Shown here: positions 14,367 through 26,660 of the stretch, piece after piece
How positions within the stretch are numbered: the first letter of the stretch is position 1
Layout of the letters: every line of letters begins with the position of its first letter
Assembly: GCA_964016885.1 (NCBI GenBank)
Contig: OZ024740.1
Coordinates: forward strand, 263,128,001 to 263,192,000
Direction: 5' to 3'
Origin: Eledone cirrhosa
Taxonomy: Eukaryota
DNA length: 64,000 nt
Translations under genes and position numbers: made by a program
The notes under the pieces: model-generated
Told to the model about the DNA's origin: nothing
What the model saw: only the letters and a program-made list of their open reading frames with translations
Databases searched by the model: none

Positions 14367-14765
14367 AAGAACGGTATCGGTAAGTGAAGAACAGTGTCGA
14401 TAAGTAAAGAGCGGTTGTCGATAAGTGAAGAGCGTTTGTCTATAAGTGATGAACTGTGTCGTTAAGTGAAGAACGTTGTCTTTAAATGAAGAACGGTGTC
14501 TTTAAGTGAAGAACGGTATTGTTCGACGAAGAACGGTGTTGTTAAGTGAAAAACAGTGTCGATAAGTAAAGACCGGTTGTCGATAAATGAAGAACAGTAT
14601 CTTTAAGTGAAGACCAGTTGTCGTTAAGTGAAGAACAGTATCTTTAAGTGAAAACCAGTTGTCGTTAAGTGAAGAACAGTATCTTTAAGTGAAGACCAGT
14701 TGTCGTTAAGTGAAGACCAGTTGTCGTTAAGTGAAGACCAGTTGTCGTTAAGTGAAGGACGGTGT
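14367..14765 (+). repeat. 19-20 bp minisatellite, ~20 units (AAGTGAAGAAC[A/G]GT[T]GTCGTT)
   Basis: Direct tandem units without unique spacers. Confidence 0.9.
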
Positions 14766-15063
14766 AATTCGGTTTCTTAATTGCAATAACACTCCTTCCT
14801 TTAGAAAGGAAGGAAGAAAGGAAGGGGTGTCATGGGCTACAATCATTGTCCCCCGGAAGACAATAGTTCTATCTACCTAATGACGAACGTCTACATAGAA
14901 GATTAAAACACTGATTATTAAGCTTGTATTATATGAAACAATCTAATAATGATATCGTACTCCCGAGCAACGTCACATCTTTAAGGATCAGAGAAAACTG
15001 CACATCGTTCTCGAGGGCATTAATAGTATAAGGGAAATATATTGGTCAGAACTCTGAGGTGAA

Positions 15064-15115
<52 letters not shown>

Positions 15116-15133
15116 CTGCTGATGCTGATGCAG

Positions 15134-15195
<62 letters not shown>

Positions 15196-15247
15196 GCTGC
15201 TACTGCTACTACTACTACTACTAATACTGCTGCTGCTGCTGCTGTTT

Positions 15248-15280
<33 letters not shown>

Positions 15281-15281
15281 A

Positions 15282-15339
<58 letters not shown>

Positions 15340-15400
15340 GCTGCTCCTACTGTTGCTAATGTTCTTGCTGCTGCTGCTAATGAGGATGATGATAATGCTG
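15064..15400. repeat. (CTA)n/(CTG)n trinucleotide tract
   Basis: Directly visible; it produces the spurious poly-L/S/V ORFs. Confidence 0.95.
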
Positions 15401-15504
15401 TAGTGGTAGTAACAACACAAGTAACTGGTATTTTGTTAATCGATCTCGAAAGGGGGAAAGCCAAAGTTGACCGAATACCGCAAAGCATGCTATCCGACAT
15501 TATA

Positions 15505-16470
15505 AATGAAATAAAAAGTACCAGTAATGCACTGGGTGTTTGCTGGCCTTGTGCCTAAAGTAGAAACAATTATAAATTCCAATTTTATAATGCAATGTAT
15601 ATATTGATGGACACTTAACGGACCAATTCTAGAGTCATTATAGTGAATTGGCAGTATCGGTAGGGGTCGGACGCCATGCTTTGCAGCATAGAGTTACGGT
15701 CCCTTGCGGTCTAAGTTCAAATCCCATCGAGGTTAACTTTGTCTTTCATCCTTACGGGATCGATAAAATAGAGAACCAGTAATACAATGGGATAATTGCT
15801 GGTCTTGTGCCATAAGTAGAAACGATTATTACTGAAGGGCGGGGAATTGGCAGTATCGGTAGAGGGTAGGGCGTCATGCTTACAGCATAGAGTTACGGCT
15901 CTTTACGGTCTGAGATCAAATCACGACGAGGTTTACTTTGCCTTTCATCCTTACAGGGGTCGATAAAATAAAGTACCAGTAATGCACTGGTGTAATTGCT
16001 GGCCTTTTGCCAAAAGTAGAAACAATTATTACTGTTTTGGGTGGTGGATTGGCAAAATCGGTGGAGACACGGTGATTATGCTTTGCAGCGTAGAATTACG
16101 GCCCTTTACCATCTGAGTTCAAATCCCTCCGAGGTTAACTTTGCCTTTCATCCTTATGGTGTCAATAAAATAAAGCCCCAGTAACGTATTGGGGTCAATT
16201 TAATCAACTTTCCCCTCCCACAAAATTACTGGCCTTATGCCTATACTAGAAATCATTATAACTGTTTAGAGCGGTGGATTGGCAGTATCGGCAGAGCAAC
16301 AGACAGTTTTCTTTGCAGCATAGAGTTGTGGCCCTTTGCGTTCTGAGTTCAAATCCCGCCGAGGTTAGCCTTGCCATTCATCCATACGGGTTCGATAAAG
16401 TAAAGCAACAGTAATGCACTGGCGTAATTGCTGGTTTTGTGGCAAAATTAAAAACAATTATTACTGTTTA
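15505..16470 (+). mobile_element. Tandem cluster of ~4 (plus one partial) tRNA-derived Nin/Deu-domain SINEs
   Basis: Each ~195-230 bp unit has an A-box-like TGGCAGTATCGG, B-box GTTCAAATCC, Nin/Deu-like GCCTTTCATCCTTACGGGGTCGATAAAATAAAGTACCAG and tail GCTGGCCTTGTGCC...AGAAACAATTATT. Confidence 0.8.
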
Positions 16471-17192
16471 CAATTGTGTCTCGCATTGCGTTTGTAATTG
16501 GAACACATTTAATGATATATAACCAACTCTACATAATGAATAATATAACAGCAAAGGCCGCTTGTGGACAGAATCCTTTGAGTGTCAGCTAAAATGTCTT
16601 GCGGTATTTGCTCCTGCTCTTTTCGTTCTAATTAGAAATATGAGGTCAACAATACTTTTTATTTTCTTGAGGTCGAGGAAATGTAGTTGCATTCAAGTAC
16701 TAAGATCGAATAAATTGAATTACACTTCCTCCACTCTTCTTCACTCTTTCAGACAAAATATTCCAGCCTTCTGCCTATATTAATGTAATACCAACAGCAA
16801 CAATAATAGACTTTTCGTAGATGTACTGGTTAGGCCAGTGACTTGATTTTAGTAACTATGTTGAAACTGAAGCAATCATCATACAAGAGACATTTCAACA
16901 CATATAATCTGTTACATTAACTGAAATAGAAGCTGCGTCGTAATTATTTTGACCATAATATATTTCTATTTCAATTCAAAACTTTGCTCGCCGCGTTCCA
17001 AACATATTAGCCTTTAATTTGTTCCATGGTAGTAAAATATCATTCGTATTAACAATTACCAAACTTATCACTGACATAACTGACAATTATTGGGAAATTG
17101 TGTCAGTGACCCAGTCATAAAAACGGCAACGAAAATGTTGACACTACAACATTGCTGAAAAATTGTTTGTTTTAGAAAGGTAAAAGTATACT

Positions 17193-17253
17193 TTACTACT
17201 ACTACTACTACTACCACCACCACCACCACCACCACCACAACCACCACCACCAT

Positions 17254-17291
<38 letters not shown>

Positions 17292-17350
17292 ACAATAACA
17301 ACTACAGCAACAAAAACAACAACGAAAACAATAGCAACAATATTAACAAC
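17193..17350. repeat. (CTA)n/(CCA)n/(CAA)n compound microsatellite
   Basis: Directly visible. Confidence 0.9.
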
Positions 17351-17808
17351 AATAAAATCGACAATAATAAGCCTGAGGGGTGATGGAGTTGGCAACATCA
17401 GTGTTGATAGATTCAACTCACGAAGGAGGTATGCTAACAGGAATTCATTTACTTGACTAGTCATGTGACAAACGCCTTGCCTTCCGCAAGACATTTGTGG
17501 CCAGAAGCATGTCCGATCATTAAACAGATGAAGCCATGCAATTAGACAAAGCTTGCCTGGCCTATCTGTATGGATGGAGTACTAACTACTCTGTCTTGAT
17601 GTCTGGAGGTTTGTTTATGAATTTAGAGTCTGCGCCAAAGGCCCATGTACACCCATCAGGGAAATATCGTGTAAGGGATATTTGTCAGATGAGAATAAAA
17701 GAGAACTATTTCCGTGTCTATTAATTAATTAATATATTACTTTACTTATTTATTTCATTATCTATCTTTCTTTCTCTGTCTTGTTTACTTTCTGTTTAAA
17801 TTGCAAAC

Positions 17809-17839
<31 letters not shown>

Positions 17840-17890
17840 TATATGTGTGTGTGTGTGTGTGTTTGTGTTTGTTTGTGTGTATATATGTAA

Positions 17891-17940
<50 letters not shown>

Positions 17941-17969
17941 TAAGTGTTTCCGTAGGTTTATTGCATAAC

Positions 17970-18006
<37 letters not shown>

Positions 18007-18009
<3 letters not shown>

Positions 18010-21000
18010 TAAATAGGGAGAAAAAGACGATTATTAGAAAAAATACATTTTCTTTTTCCTTTTATTTTTTTCTCTTTTTCCTGGGTTAGAAAATGTTTAA
18101 AACAAAATATTTTAGTTTGTGTGAAGTGTTAAGGTATTAGTTAATTTATTTTTTAATTGACAATGGCATTTATATATTTATATATTTAATAATTGTCTAT
18201 TACCGGTTTCAGCATGTTATGCATTATCAAAGGGGGTAATTTGTATTGGTATAAAATATTAGAGAGAAAATAATGTGATTTTGAACATGTTAAGGAAATG
18301 GGAAAGAAAGAATAGGTTTTTTAAAAACAAGGTTTTTGAGGTAAAAAGAAAAAAGAAAAAAGAAAAAAGAAAAAAAGGGGGTGATGTGGAACATAATAAG
18401 GTAATGGGAAAGTAAGAATAATATTATTTACAGGCATAGTTCTTGAGGATAAGCAGTTCAAAAAGTGTTATTATGGCAAGAGCGCTTGGTTGGTCCATAA
18501 TGGGGGCAAATGTTAGTCTGGGGTTTGATATTTTTTCTCTTTTTAGAGAGTTAATATGCAGGGGGAGGTAATTCATGGTGGTCGGATAGGGGAGAGAGAG
18601 ATGAGAGAGATGGATGAGAGGGGGTAATTCATTTATATAAGGAACAGGGATTAGGTAGGGTGTAGGGGGATAACTCTTTAGAGAACATAGGAATTGGGGC
18701 TTTGGTTCATTGTTCGTTCCAGTTTTAGGTTAGTCCGAAGTTTAGTCCATTAAGTAGAGGTTGGAATTTGTTAATAAAGTACGTTTCCTTATTGGTACGA
18801 TGGATGAAAGAAGCGTTGTCTATGAATTTGTAAATGTGGAGAATTTTAAAATGTGGATATTGGTTAGGTGCACAATTGGCGATATGGTCACTAAAAGTAA
18901 TCTTTCTGTATTCCTGTATTTTGAGTTGTGATCTATGGACGGTCATACGTTGTCGGAGGCTGTTTTTTTGTCCGTCCAATGTAGTGCTCTTGACAACCTG
19001 AGTAGGTCAAACCATAGATTAGGTATTCAGATGCACATGTAAAGTTGTATTTAACTGTGAAATGTTGTCCTTGTTTAAAATGGAATGTTAAAACTTCTAC
19101 TAGATTTATGCATATACCACAGTTAGGCTTTCCGTAGTTTTTTTACTGTAGGGTTCATTGTGAGGGCTGGTTGGATTGTGGCTTGTGTGGGGATGTTTTT
19201 GTGGATTTAGGTTGTCTTTTGCTCTTTATGATGTTGTCTGTTTGGAGGATTTTGTTCATTCTTGGGTCTCTTTTCAGTAAAGGAATGTTCTGGAGGATGG
19301 TGTCGAATGCCTCATTGTTGAGGGGGTTGTGTGTGGAGATGTATGGTAGAGTTTTCTGTTTCGGTTCATTCCTGGGTTTGGGGTGTCTGAGTTCCTGAAT
19401 GTTGAGTTTTAGGGCACGTTGGATTCCATTGTTGATTATGGATGGTGGGTAGTTTCTGCTGATAAGTGTGTTCTTTGATTCTTCTAGTCGTGTGTAGCAT
19501 GTGTATTTATCTGAAACTAATGTGCAGATCCTTCTGGCTAGGTTACAAGGAATTGCCATTTTGGTATGGCGAGGGTGGCACGAGTTAAATGGAAGATATT
19601 GTTTGGAGTCTGTGGGTTTGTAGGATATGTCTGTTTCTATTTTGTTGTTTGTTTTCTTGATGAGGATGTCGAGGAAATGGAGTTGTTCATGGCTGTATTC
19701 CATTGTAAATTGTACGTTTGTGTTGAGTCCACTTAGAAGGGTTTTAAACTAAATCAGTCTTTCTATACTTTCATGCCAGAGAATAAAGCAGTCGTCCAGC
19801 TATCTCTTCCAGTTTTGTTCAATGTGAAGGTAGAAGTGGTTACCGTATTTGTCTAGAACTTTGCAGTAGAGAGTGGTTTCCAAATATCCCATGACAAGGT
19901 TGGCCTATGAGGGGGATGATTTCGTGCGCATGGAAGTCCCAGATTTCTGTCTGTAGTATTTGGCATCGAATTCGAAGAAGTTATTTTCCAAAATGAATTT
20001 GAGGCCCTCCAACACAAATTCTTTAGGGATGCGCTGTGGAAGTTCACTAGGGAAATTTTCCATCCAGAAATGTACTGCCTCTATACCTAGGTTGTGTGGA
20101 ATATTGGAATATAGATTGATGACATCAAAGGTTACTAGTAGTATACGTTCATTATTAAGTGTTGTTAGGAGGTGTTTGAGCATGTCAAGGTCGTCCATTA
20201 TGAAGCATTTTATGTGTTTTAGGAAAGGTTTAAGCAGAATATCTAGGAAGTTGCTTAGGCGGGGGGTTTGACATGTGGTACCTACTATTATGGGTGTTAA
20301 TTTAAGGTCATCAGGAGGGGGTATATTGATGTAAATGTCTGTGGCTTCCCAGCAGGCCCTGCCAATTACTTTGCTTTTGTGTGTCTTTGGGATAACTTAG
20401 AAAAGGCTGGTTCTGCTTTTGAAATTGGTGATGTAGTTGTATTCTTTGTCGGTAAGGCCTTCTTTGTAAAGGGTTGTTAAGGATTTTAGGTTTCTCATTA
20501 TGTTCTGTTGTGTGTAGTGTTGGGCCTTTTCGTAATATGTTTGGTTTTCTAGAGTTGAGAGTACTAGAGTTGTGTAGTGATCTGTCTCCATAAGGAACAC
20601 TGCGCTCCCTTTATATTCCACTTTAATTGTTAGGGGTTTGTCGTTCGTTAGACTGTTAAGACCATTCCATTCTTGTTTGCTTAGGTTTGGTTTTTGTTTA
20701 TATCTGTGCAGGTGGTAGTATGGGTAATTAGTAATGTGTTCGCATAATGGATCGAGAAATTTGTTCTTGCCTTTTGGTAGGGTGTAGTTGCTTCTATTTC
20801 TGGCTATTGAGTCATCCTCATTGTATTTGTCGTATAGTTGCTCGCTGAGTCTTAGTTTATACAGAATTCTCCAATGTCTTCCTTCATTTTGGGGTAGTTT
20901 GGTCGTTGGGGAGTTAGTGTAAATTTCAGACCTTTGGAGAGTATGTACATTTGGTCTGTTGTTAATTCTTTAGAGGTTAGATTAAACATTTTAATTACAT

Positions 21001-21596
21001 TTTGTGTTTCCTGCGTATATTGTGTTGTCTTGTTACCCTGTGTCTGTGTGCTGTATCTAAAAAATTAATACGGTATTTGTGGTGGTTGTTGAAGTTTGGA
21101 TGTCTCTTATGGTTGCATTGACCCCTGCTGTTGTTGTTAGAGGGTGTGTAGCTGTAGTGGTTGTTGAAGTTAGGTTTATGGTGTTGTTGTTTTGAGCCTG
21201 GCTGTTGTTGTAAGGTGTGTAGATTTGATGGACGTTGTTATAGGGTGTTTTTTTTCTATTTTCTTTTTACTTCAAAGACCTTGTTTGAAAATAATATTAC
21301 TCTTTTTTTCCCATTTCCTTAACATGTTCAACATCACATTCTTTTCATTCCAACATTTTATACTAATACAAATTCCTCCCTTTGATAATGCCTATAATGC
21401 TGAAACCGGTAATAGACAATTATTAAATATATAAATGAATGGTATTGTTAATTAATAAATACATTAAGTAATACCTTAACACTTCACACAAAGTAAAATA
21501 TTTTGTTTTAAACATTTTCTAACCCAGAAAAAAGAGAAAAAAATAAAAGGAAAAAGAATATTTTTCTTCCTAATAATCGTATTTTCTCCCTATTTA

Positions 21597-21600
<4 letters not shown>
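18007..21600 (-). mobile_element. Decayed Penelope-like element 2 (Neptune-like) with inverted terminal repeats
   Basis: Fragments LVTFDVINLYSNIPH, YRQKSGTSM, WKR*LDDCF, LHFLDILI, YKPTDSKQYL..SCHP, FTC..LIYGL...HYIG..LRQRMTVH; 18007-18340 is the reverse complement of ~21255-21600; (TA)n flanks. Confidence 0.85.
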
Positions 21601-21655
<55 letters not shown>

Positions 21656-21684
21656 CAGCACGTGTGCTCCTTCTCCAAATTTTA

Positions 21685-21732
<48 letters not shown>

Positions 21733-21735
<3 letters not shown>

Positions 21736-21783
21736 TTCTACAGGACTAGAACTGTTTCATTCTTTAGAAATCATCAGGAATCT
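21733..21783 (-). ncRNA. Minimal type I hammerhead ribozyme (copies at 23806-23856, 32758-32808, 35180-35230)
   Basis: AGATTC-CTGATGA-tTTCTaaAGAAt-GAAACAG ttctagtc CTGTA-GAATCT: perfect 6-bp stem I, 4-bp stem III, GUA cleavage triplet. Confidence 0.75.
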
Positions 21784-22065
21784 GGCTTTCTAAAAATAAA
21801 TATATATATATATATAATAATAAAGTATATATCCCTACAAGCGTCCAGGGACACATGTATAGTCCAACCATATGCCATTGTGGTTCAATGGCAGGTTAAT
21901 AAATTAACGAGCCAGAACATATATAATCAAGGTTTAGCAAATAAGAAAAAGTTTCAAAATAAATTTCAAAAAATTCACTGTACTCACTATGGTTACGTTT
22001 ACCGAATCGGTTTCGAGTCTCAAAAATAAATGGACAGTCATTGCGGCCTTCCATTGAAAAGATAG

Positions 22066-22106
<41 letters not shown>

Positions 22107-22193
22107 TATATATATACATATATACATATATATACATAAATTTATATATATAAATATATACATATATAATATATATACATATATATATATATA

Positions 22194-22244
<51 letters not shown>

Positions 22245-22263
22245 CTATATATATATATATATA

Positions 22264-22309
<46 letters not shown>

Positions 22310-22519
22310 TATATATATAATTATAAAATGTGGAGAAGGAGCACACAAGTTGGAATATATATATAAGTAAATAGGGAGAAAAAGAGGATTATTAGGAAGA
22401 AACATATTTTTTTTCATTTTATCTATTTCTCTTTTTTCTGGGTTAGAAAATGTTTAAAACAAAATATTTTACTTTGTGTGAAGTGTTAAGGTATTAGTTA
22501 ATTTATTTATTAATTAACA

Positions 22520-22553
<34 letters not shown>

Positions 22554-22872
22554 TGTTATATTGTTATAGAGATCATAGAAATGAAAATAGAATCTACACA
22601 CAGAAAAGACGCAATATTTAGACAAATCACATAGGCATATGTGACGAAAGAACTTTGACAAAATCACATAGAATGTGTGACGAAAGAACTTTGACAATAT
22701 ATGAACAATCGTCTGGTTGTGGAACCAACCAACCAACCGGAAATTTATAAATTCTTAAATTTATAAATTTAATTTATAATAAATTCGAGTGAAAGCTACT
22801 GGTGCGTGTGTTTACCATTGGCAACATGACCCTCCCAAATCATAACAATATATATATATATATATATATATG

Positions 22873-23419
22873 AATTAGAAATATAAGCTTTCACCGTATT
22901 TTTGACTAAATAAATTTTTAGCCTGATGGTGGGGTTTAGAACCCTCAGAGAAAATGGAAAAAGATGAGTATTGACGTATATTGACGTATATGGGAGTCGA
23001 ACCCACATCTTTGGTTATTCAGACCACTGTGCTACCATTACACCAACACATCACCCATCCCCTTTCATTCTAATTAGAAGCTACATTCTTAGCAAGTAAA
23101 TGACAAATAAGTATGTTATGAAACAGTGAGCGAGTTTAAAATTCGAAATATAAGCTTTCACCGTATTTTTGACTAAATACATGTTTAGCATGATAGTGGG
23201 GTTTACTTGCTAATAATGTAGCTTCTAATTTGAATGGAAGAAGATAGGTGATGTGTTAGTGTAATGGTAGCAGAGTGGGCTGGGTAACCAAAGACGTGTG
23301 TTCGACTCCCATGTACGTCAATACTTATCTTTTTCCATTTTCTCTGAGGGTTCTAAACCCCACTATCAGGCTAAACATTTCTTTAGTCAAAAATACGGTG
23401 AAAGCTTATATGTCTAATT
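22873..23419. repeat. ~220-bp-arm imperfect inverted repeat with tRNA-like A/B boxes (repeated at ~31750-32286, 34164-34700, 37000-37525)
   Basis: Arms 22873-23100 and 23202-23419; the arms carry GGTGTAATGGTAGCAC...GTTCGACTCC or a close variant. Confidence 0.75.
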
Positions 23420-23766
23420 TCTTCTCGTTCTTTGATATTCCCTGACAGATACATTTAAGGAGTGTATGTGGCAGTTAATATACATCTAGAGATTTGAAGA
23501 TGCGTGACGTAGTAATAAATATTTTCGGCTGACGATAATAAGATTGTGTTTTTGATTCCAGTAAGCACGCTATGTCTTTGAGCAAGATATCTCATTGCAC
23601 ATTATTCTAGTTCATTCAGCTGGCATGAGATAAGTTGCCCATGAAATTCAAGAAGACAGCTTTGTCACCCACAATTTCAAGCTGAATCTCGGGAACAAAA
23701 TTAGAGCCACCTGTGTCTCTTGAAATATATATTCCAGATCGTGTGCTCCTTCTCCAAATTTTATAA

Positions 23767-23808
<42 letters not shown>

Positions 23809-24597
23809 TTCTACAGGACTAGAATTGTTTCATTCTTTAGAAATCATCAGGAATCTGGCTTTCTAAAAATATATTATAATATAGTCTATATCCCTACAAG
23901 CGTCCAGGGACACATGTATTGTCCAACCATATGCCATTGTGGTTCAATGGTAGGTTAATAAATTAACGAGCCAGAACATATATAATCAAGGTATAGCAAA
24001 TAAGAAAAAGTTTCAAAATAAATTTCAAAAGATTCACTGTACTCACTATGGTTACCTTTACCGAATCGGTTTCGAGTCTCAAAAATAAATGGACAGTCAT
24101 TGCGGCCTTCCATTGAAAAGATAAACTCTCGTCAGAAGGTTCTTTTCACTCGAAAAATATAAAATTCCCGAGTTCAAATTACGAACTGGCGCTATTGAAA
24201 ATTTTTCCCGAGATGTGAATGAATGATGTGGAAGCAATTCTGTCCAGTGCCGTGTGTAAAGACAGAAGTAGAGGCAGAGAGGTCAGTCTACTACCACTAT
24301 AAATAGCAGCAGTCAAAACGACCAAATTTTATCTCGACCAAGAGGAGATAATAATAATAAAGTATATATCCCTACACGCAAAAAGCGTCCAGGGACACAT
24401 GTATGGTTCAACCATATGCCAATGTGGTTCAATGGCAGGTTAATAATTTAACGAGCCAAAACATATATAAACAAGGTTTAGCAAATAAGAAAAAGTTTCA
24501 AAATAAATTTCAAAAGATTCACTGTTCTCACCATGGTTACCTTTACCGAATCGATTTCGAATCACAAATGTACTATCCCTACGGCCTTCCATTGAAA

Positions 24598-24675
<78 letters not shown>

Positions 24676-24711
24676 GTATATATATATATATGTATATATG
24701 TTATATATATA

Positions 24712-24749
<38 letters not shown>

Positions 24750-24786
24750 GAGAGTAAAACAAAGAAGCCTTTAATACATCAAAAGT

Positions 24787-24840
24787 TTTTATTAGCCGAC
24801 AATGTTTCGTCCTGTTAAGGACTCATCAGGGCAATTAAAA
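24787..24840 (-). ncRNA. Type I hammerhead ribozyme in PLE3 pLTR (second copy 29568-29621; inverted mutant copy 30558-30611 +)
   Basis: TTTTAATTGCC-CTGATGA-GTCCT taac AGGAC-GAAACATTGTC-GGCTAATAAAA; GUC cleavage triplet. The inverted copy has GAAT instead of GAAA. Confidence 0.85.
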
Positions 24841-26660
24841 CAACAAGAAGTAATATCGGCAGATACAAGCCGGAAGCTCCGAAGAATATGGAGTGTACAT
24901 ACACTAAAGTCTTGCAAAAATATATAATAAAAATAATAAAAATATATAATAAGAATAACTAAGGATGTATATAACATTAAGAACCATATTACAAATATAG
25001 TCCAAAGCAAATAACCTAGAGCTAAACAAAGGTGGTTATATAGAACAGGAATTATATATAACATAATGTAATATAATATAATACATTATAATAATATACC
25101 TTTACCAACATTAAAATTACAATAAAAATCAAAAGGTACAATATGCACATGTATATATGTGCGCACACGCACACACACGCACACATACAACAATACGCAC
25201 ATCTATCTTCAACTACACAAATTAAACCTTATTAGGAGTTTGAATATAAAAATAAGCATGATAAGAGTGAAAATAATAATAATAATACCAATACATCTAC
25301 CCAATATACATGAGGTAATAATATGATATAATTACGAGAAACACATATAATAAATAATAAACAATAAAATTATATAATCAATATAATAGATAATCCCTGG
25401 TTAATTTACACAAACAATATAGATGTCACAATAATAATATAATAATAATATACATTAACAATGTACTAACATTTACAATAAACAATATATACAAATCGAT
25501 TCATACTGGGTTACAGAGTAAATGAGGAAAAATAAATTATACAATACTCAAAAAACATTAAGATGGTACAGAAAAAATACAGGCATCATGCATGATATAT
25601 AAAGTTTAAATATCATAATGTTACATATAATGAACAGTAAGTAATAAGGATCAATATTACAATACAATATAATATAATGTATTATATAAAATAAATTGAC
25701 ATAAAATAATATATAAATACTTATAATTACAAGGTTAGTAGACAGACATATGTGGATGTGTAAGTAAGTGCCAGGTGTGAATAGTAAATAGTAAATATGA
25801 TGCCCAGTAGTATTTCAAATAAAATATAGAATATAAAATATAGAATAAAATAAATAAATATAATCAACCGGAAATTACAAAACAAAAACAAATATATACA
25901 TTTAGGTCTCACATGCGGTTAAGTAGTTAAGTAAAAACTAAGGAAAACAATCCCTGTAAATGACTCAAAACCCTATTTGATAAATTAATATTAAAAATAT
26001 TTAAGCTATCCAATAAGGTAGTATAATATTAGCTATAGTTTAAGTCATTAAAGTTTATAAACTTTAATGTTTCGTTACAAATGTTTACAAAAAGGAAAGA
26101 AATTTTTTCTTATCATATACATAACGATATCTAAAAAACTGACTTAAGTAGAATTAAGGTAAACTAATGGGGACAGAATTGAAGAAATATATGGAGGATG
26201 CAAAGGGGCATAAAATATAGTCGATATACTATAATAAATAATAGAACGGAGCGTAAAAGAGGGGGGGGGTTCAATATAATCATAGTCAATTTGGAGGGGT
26301 TGACAATAAGTTTATGTGCGCATGTGGGGGAGGGGGGAGGGGGGAGGGGAGGGGGTATCCAAAGATGAATCTGAATAAAAATAAAAATAAAATTAAAAAT
26401 AAAATTAAAAATAAAAATAAAAATAAAAATGAAGATAATAATAAAATAAAGTAAATGGCGTAAAGTATGTAATCTTATATATATTCACAAGGTTTAATAG
26501 TGAACATTTAATGCGTAAGAAGACAGATATGGTACAGTAGCCAAATGATTATGAGAGCTAGAATAAAGAGTCATCAAAAACCAATGATAATAATGATGAT
26601 AATAATAATGTTGGCAAACACAAGAACCTAAACTAAAAAATAAGTAATGGAATATATCTG

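Noticed and set aside
14367-14765. CRISPR-like short repeats
   Set aside because: Units are contiguous with no unique spacers, there are no cas genes and the context is eukaryotic.
14988-15500. Poly-V/S/L ORFs, and the many YIYI ORFs across the window
   Set aside because: They are translations of (CTA)n and (TA)n microsatellites.
21990-22060. GAAACCG-ATT-CGGTA stem III-like motif on the minus strand
   Set aside because: Upstream core is absent (CAATGA/GTAAGGA) and stem I does not pair.
22615-22705. HHR-like hairpin TCACATA ggca TATGTGA followed by CGAAAG
   Set aside because: No CUGANGA upstream and no stem I; at best an old relic.
23250-23315. Functional tRNA gene
   Set aside because: Only A/B-box similarity; I could not form acceptor and anticodon stems.
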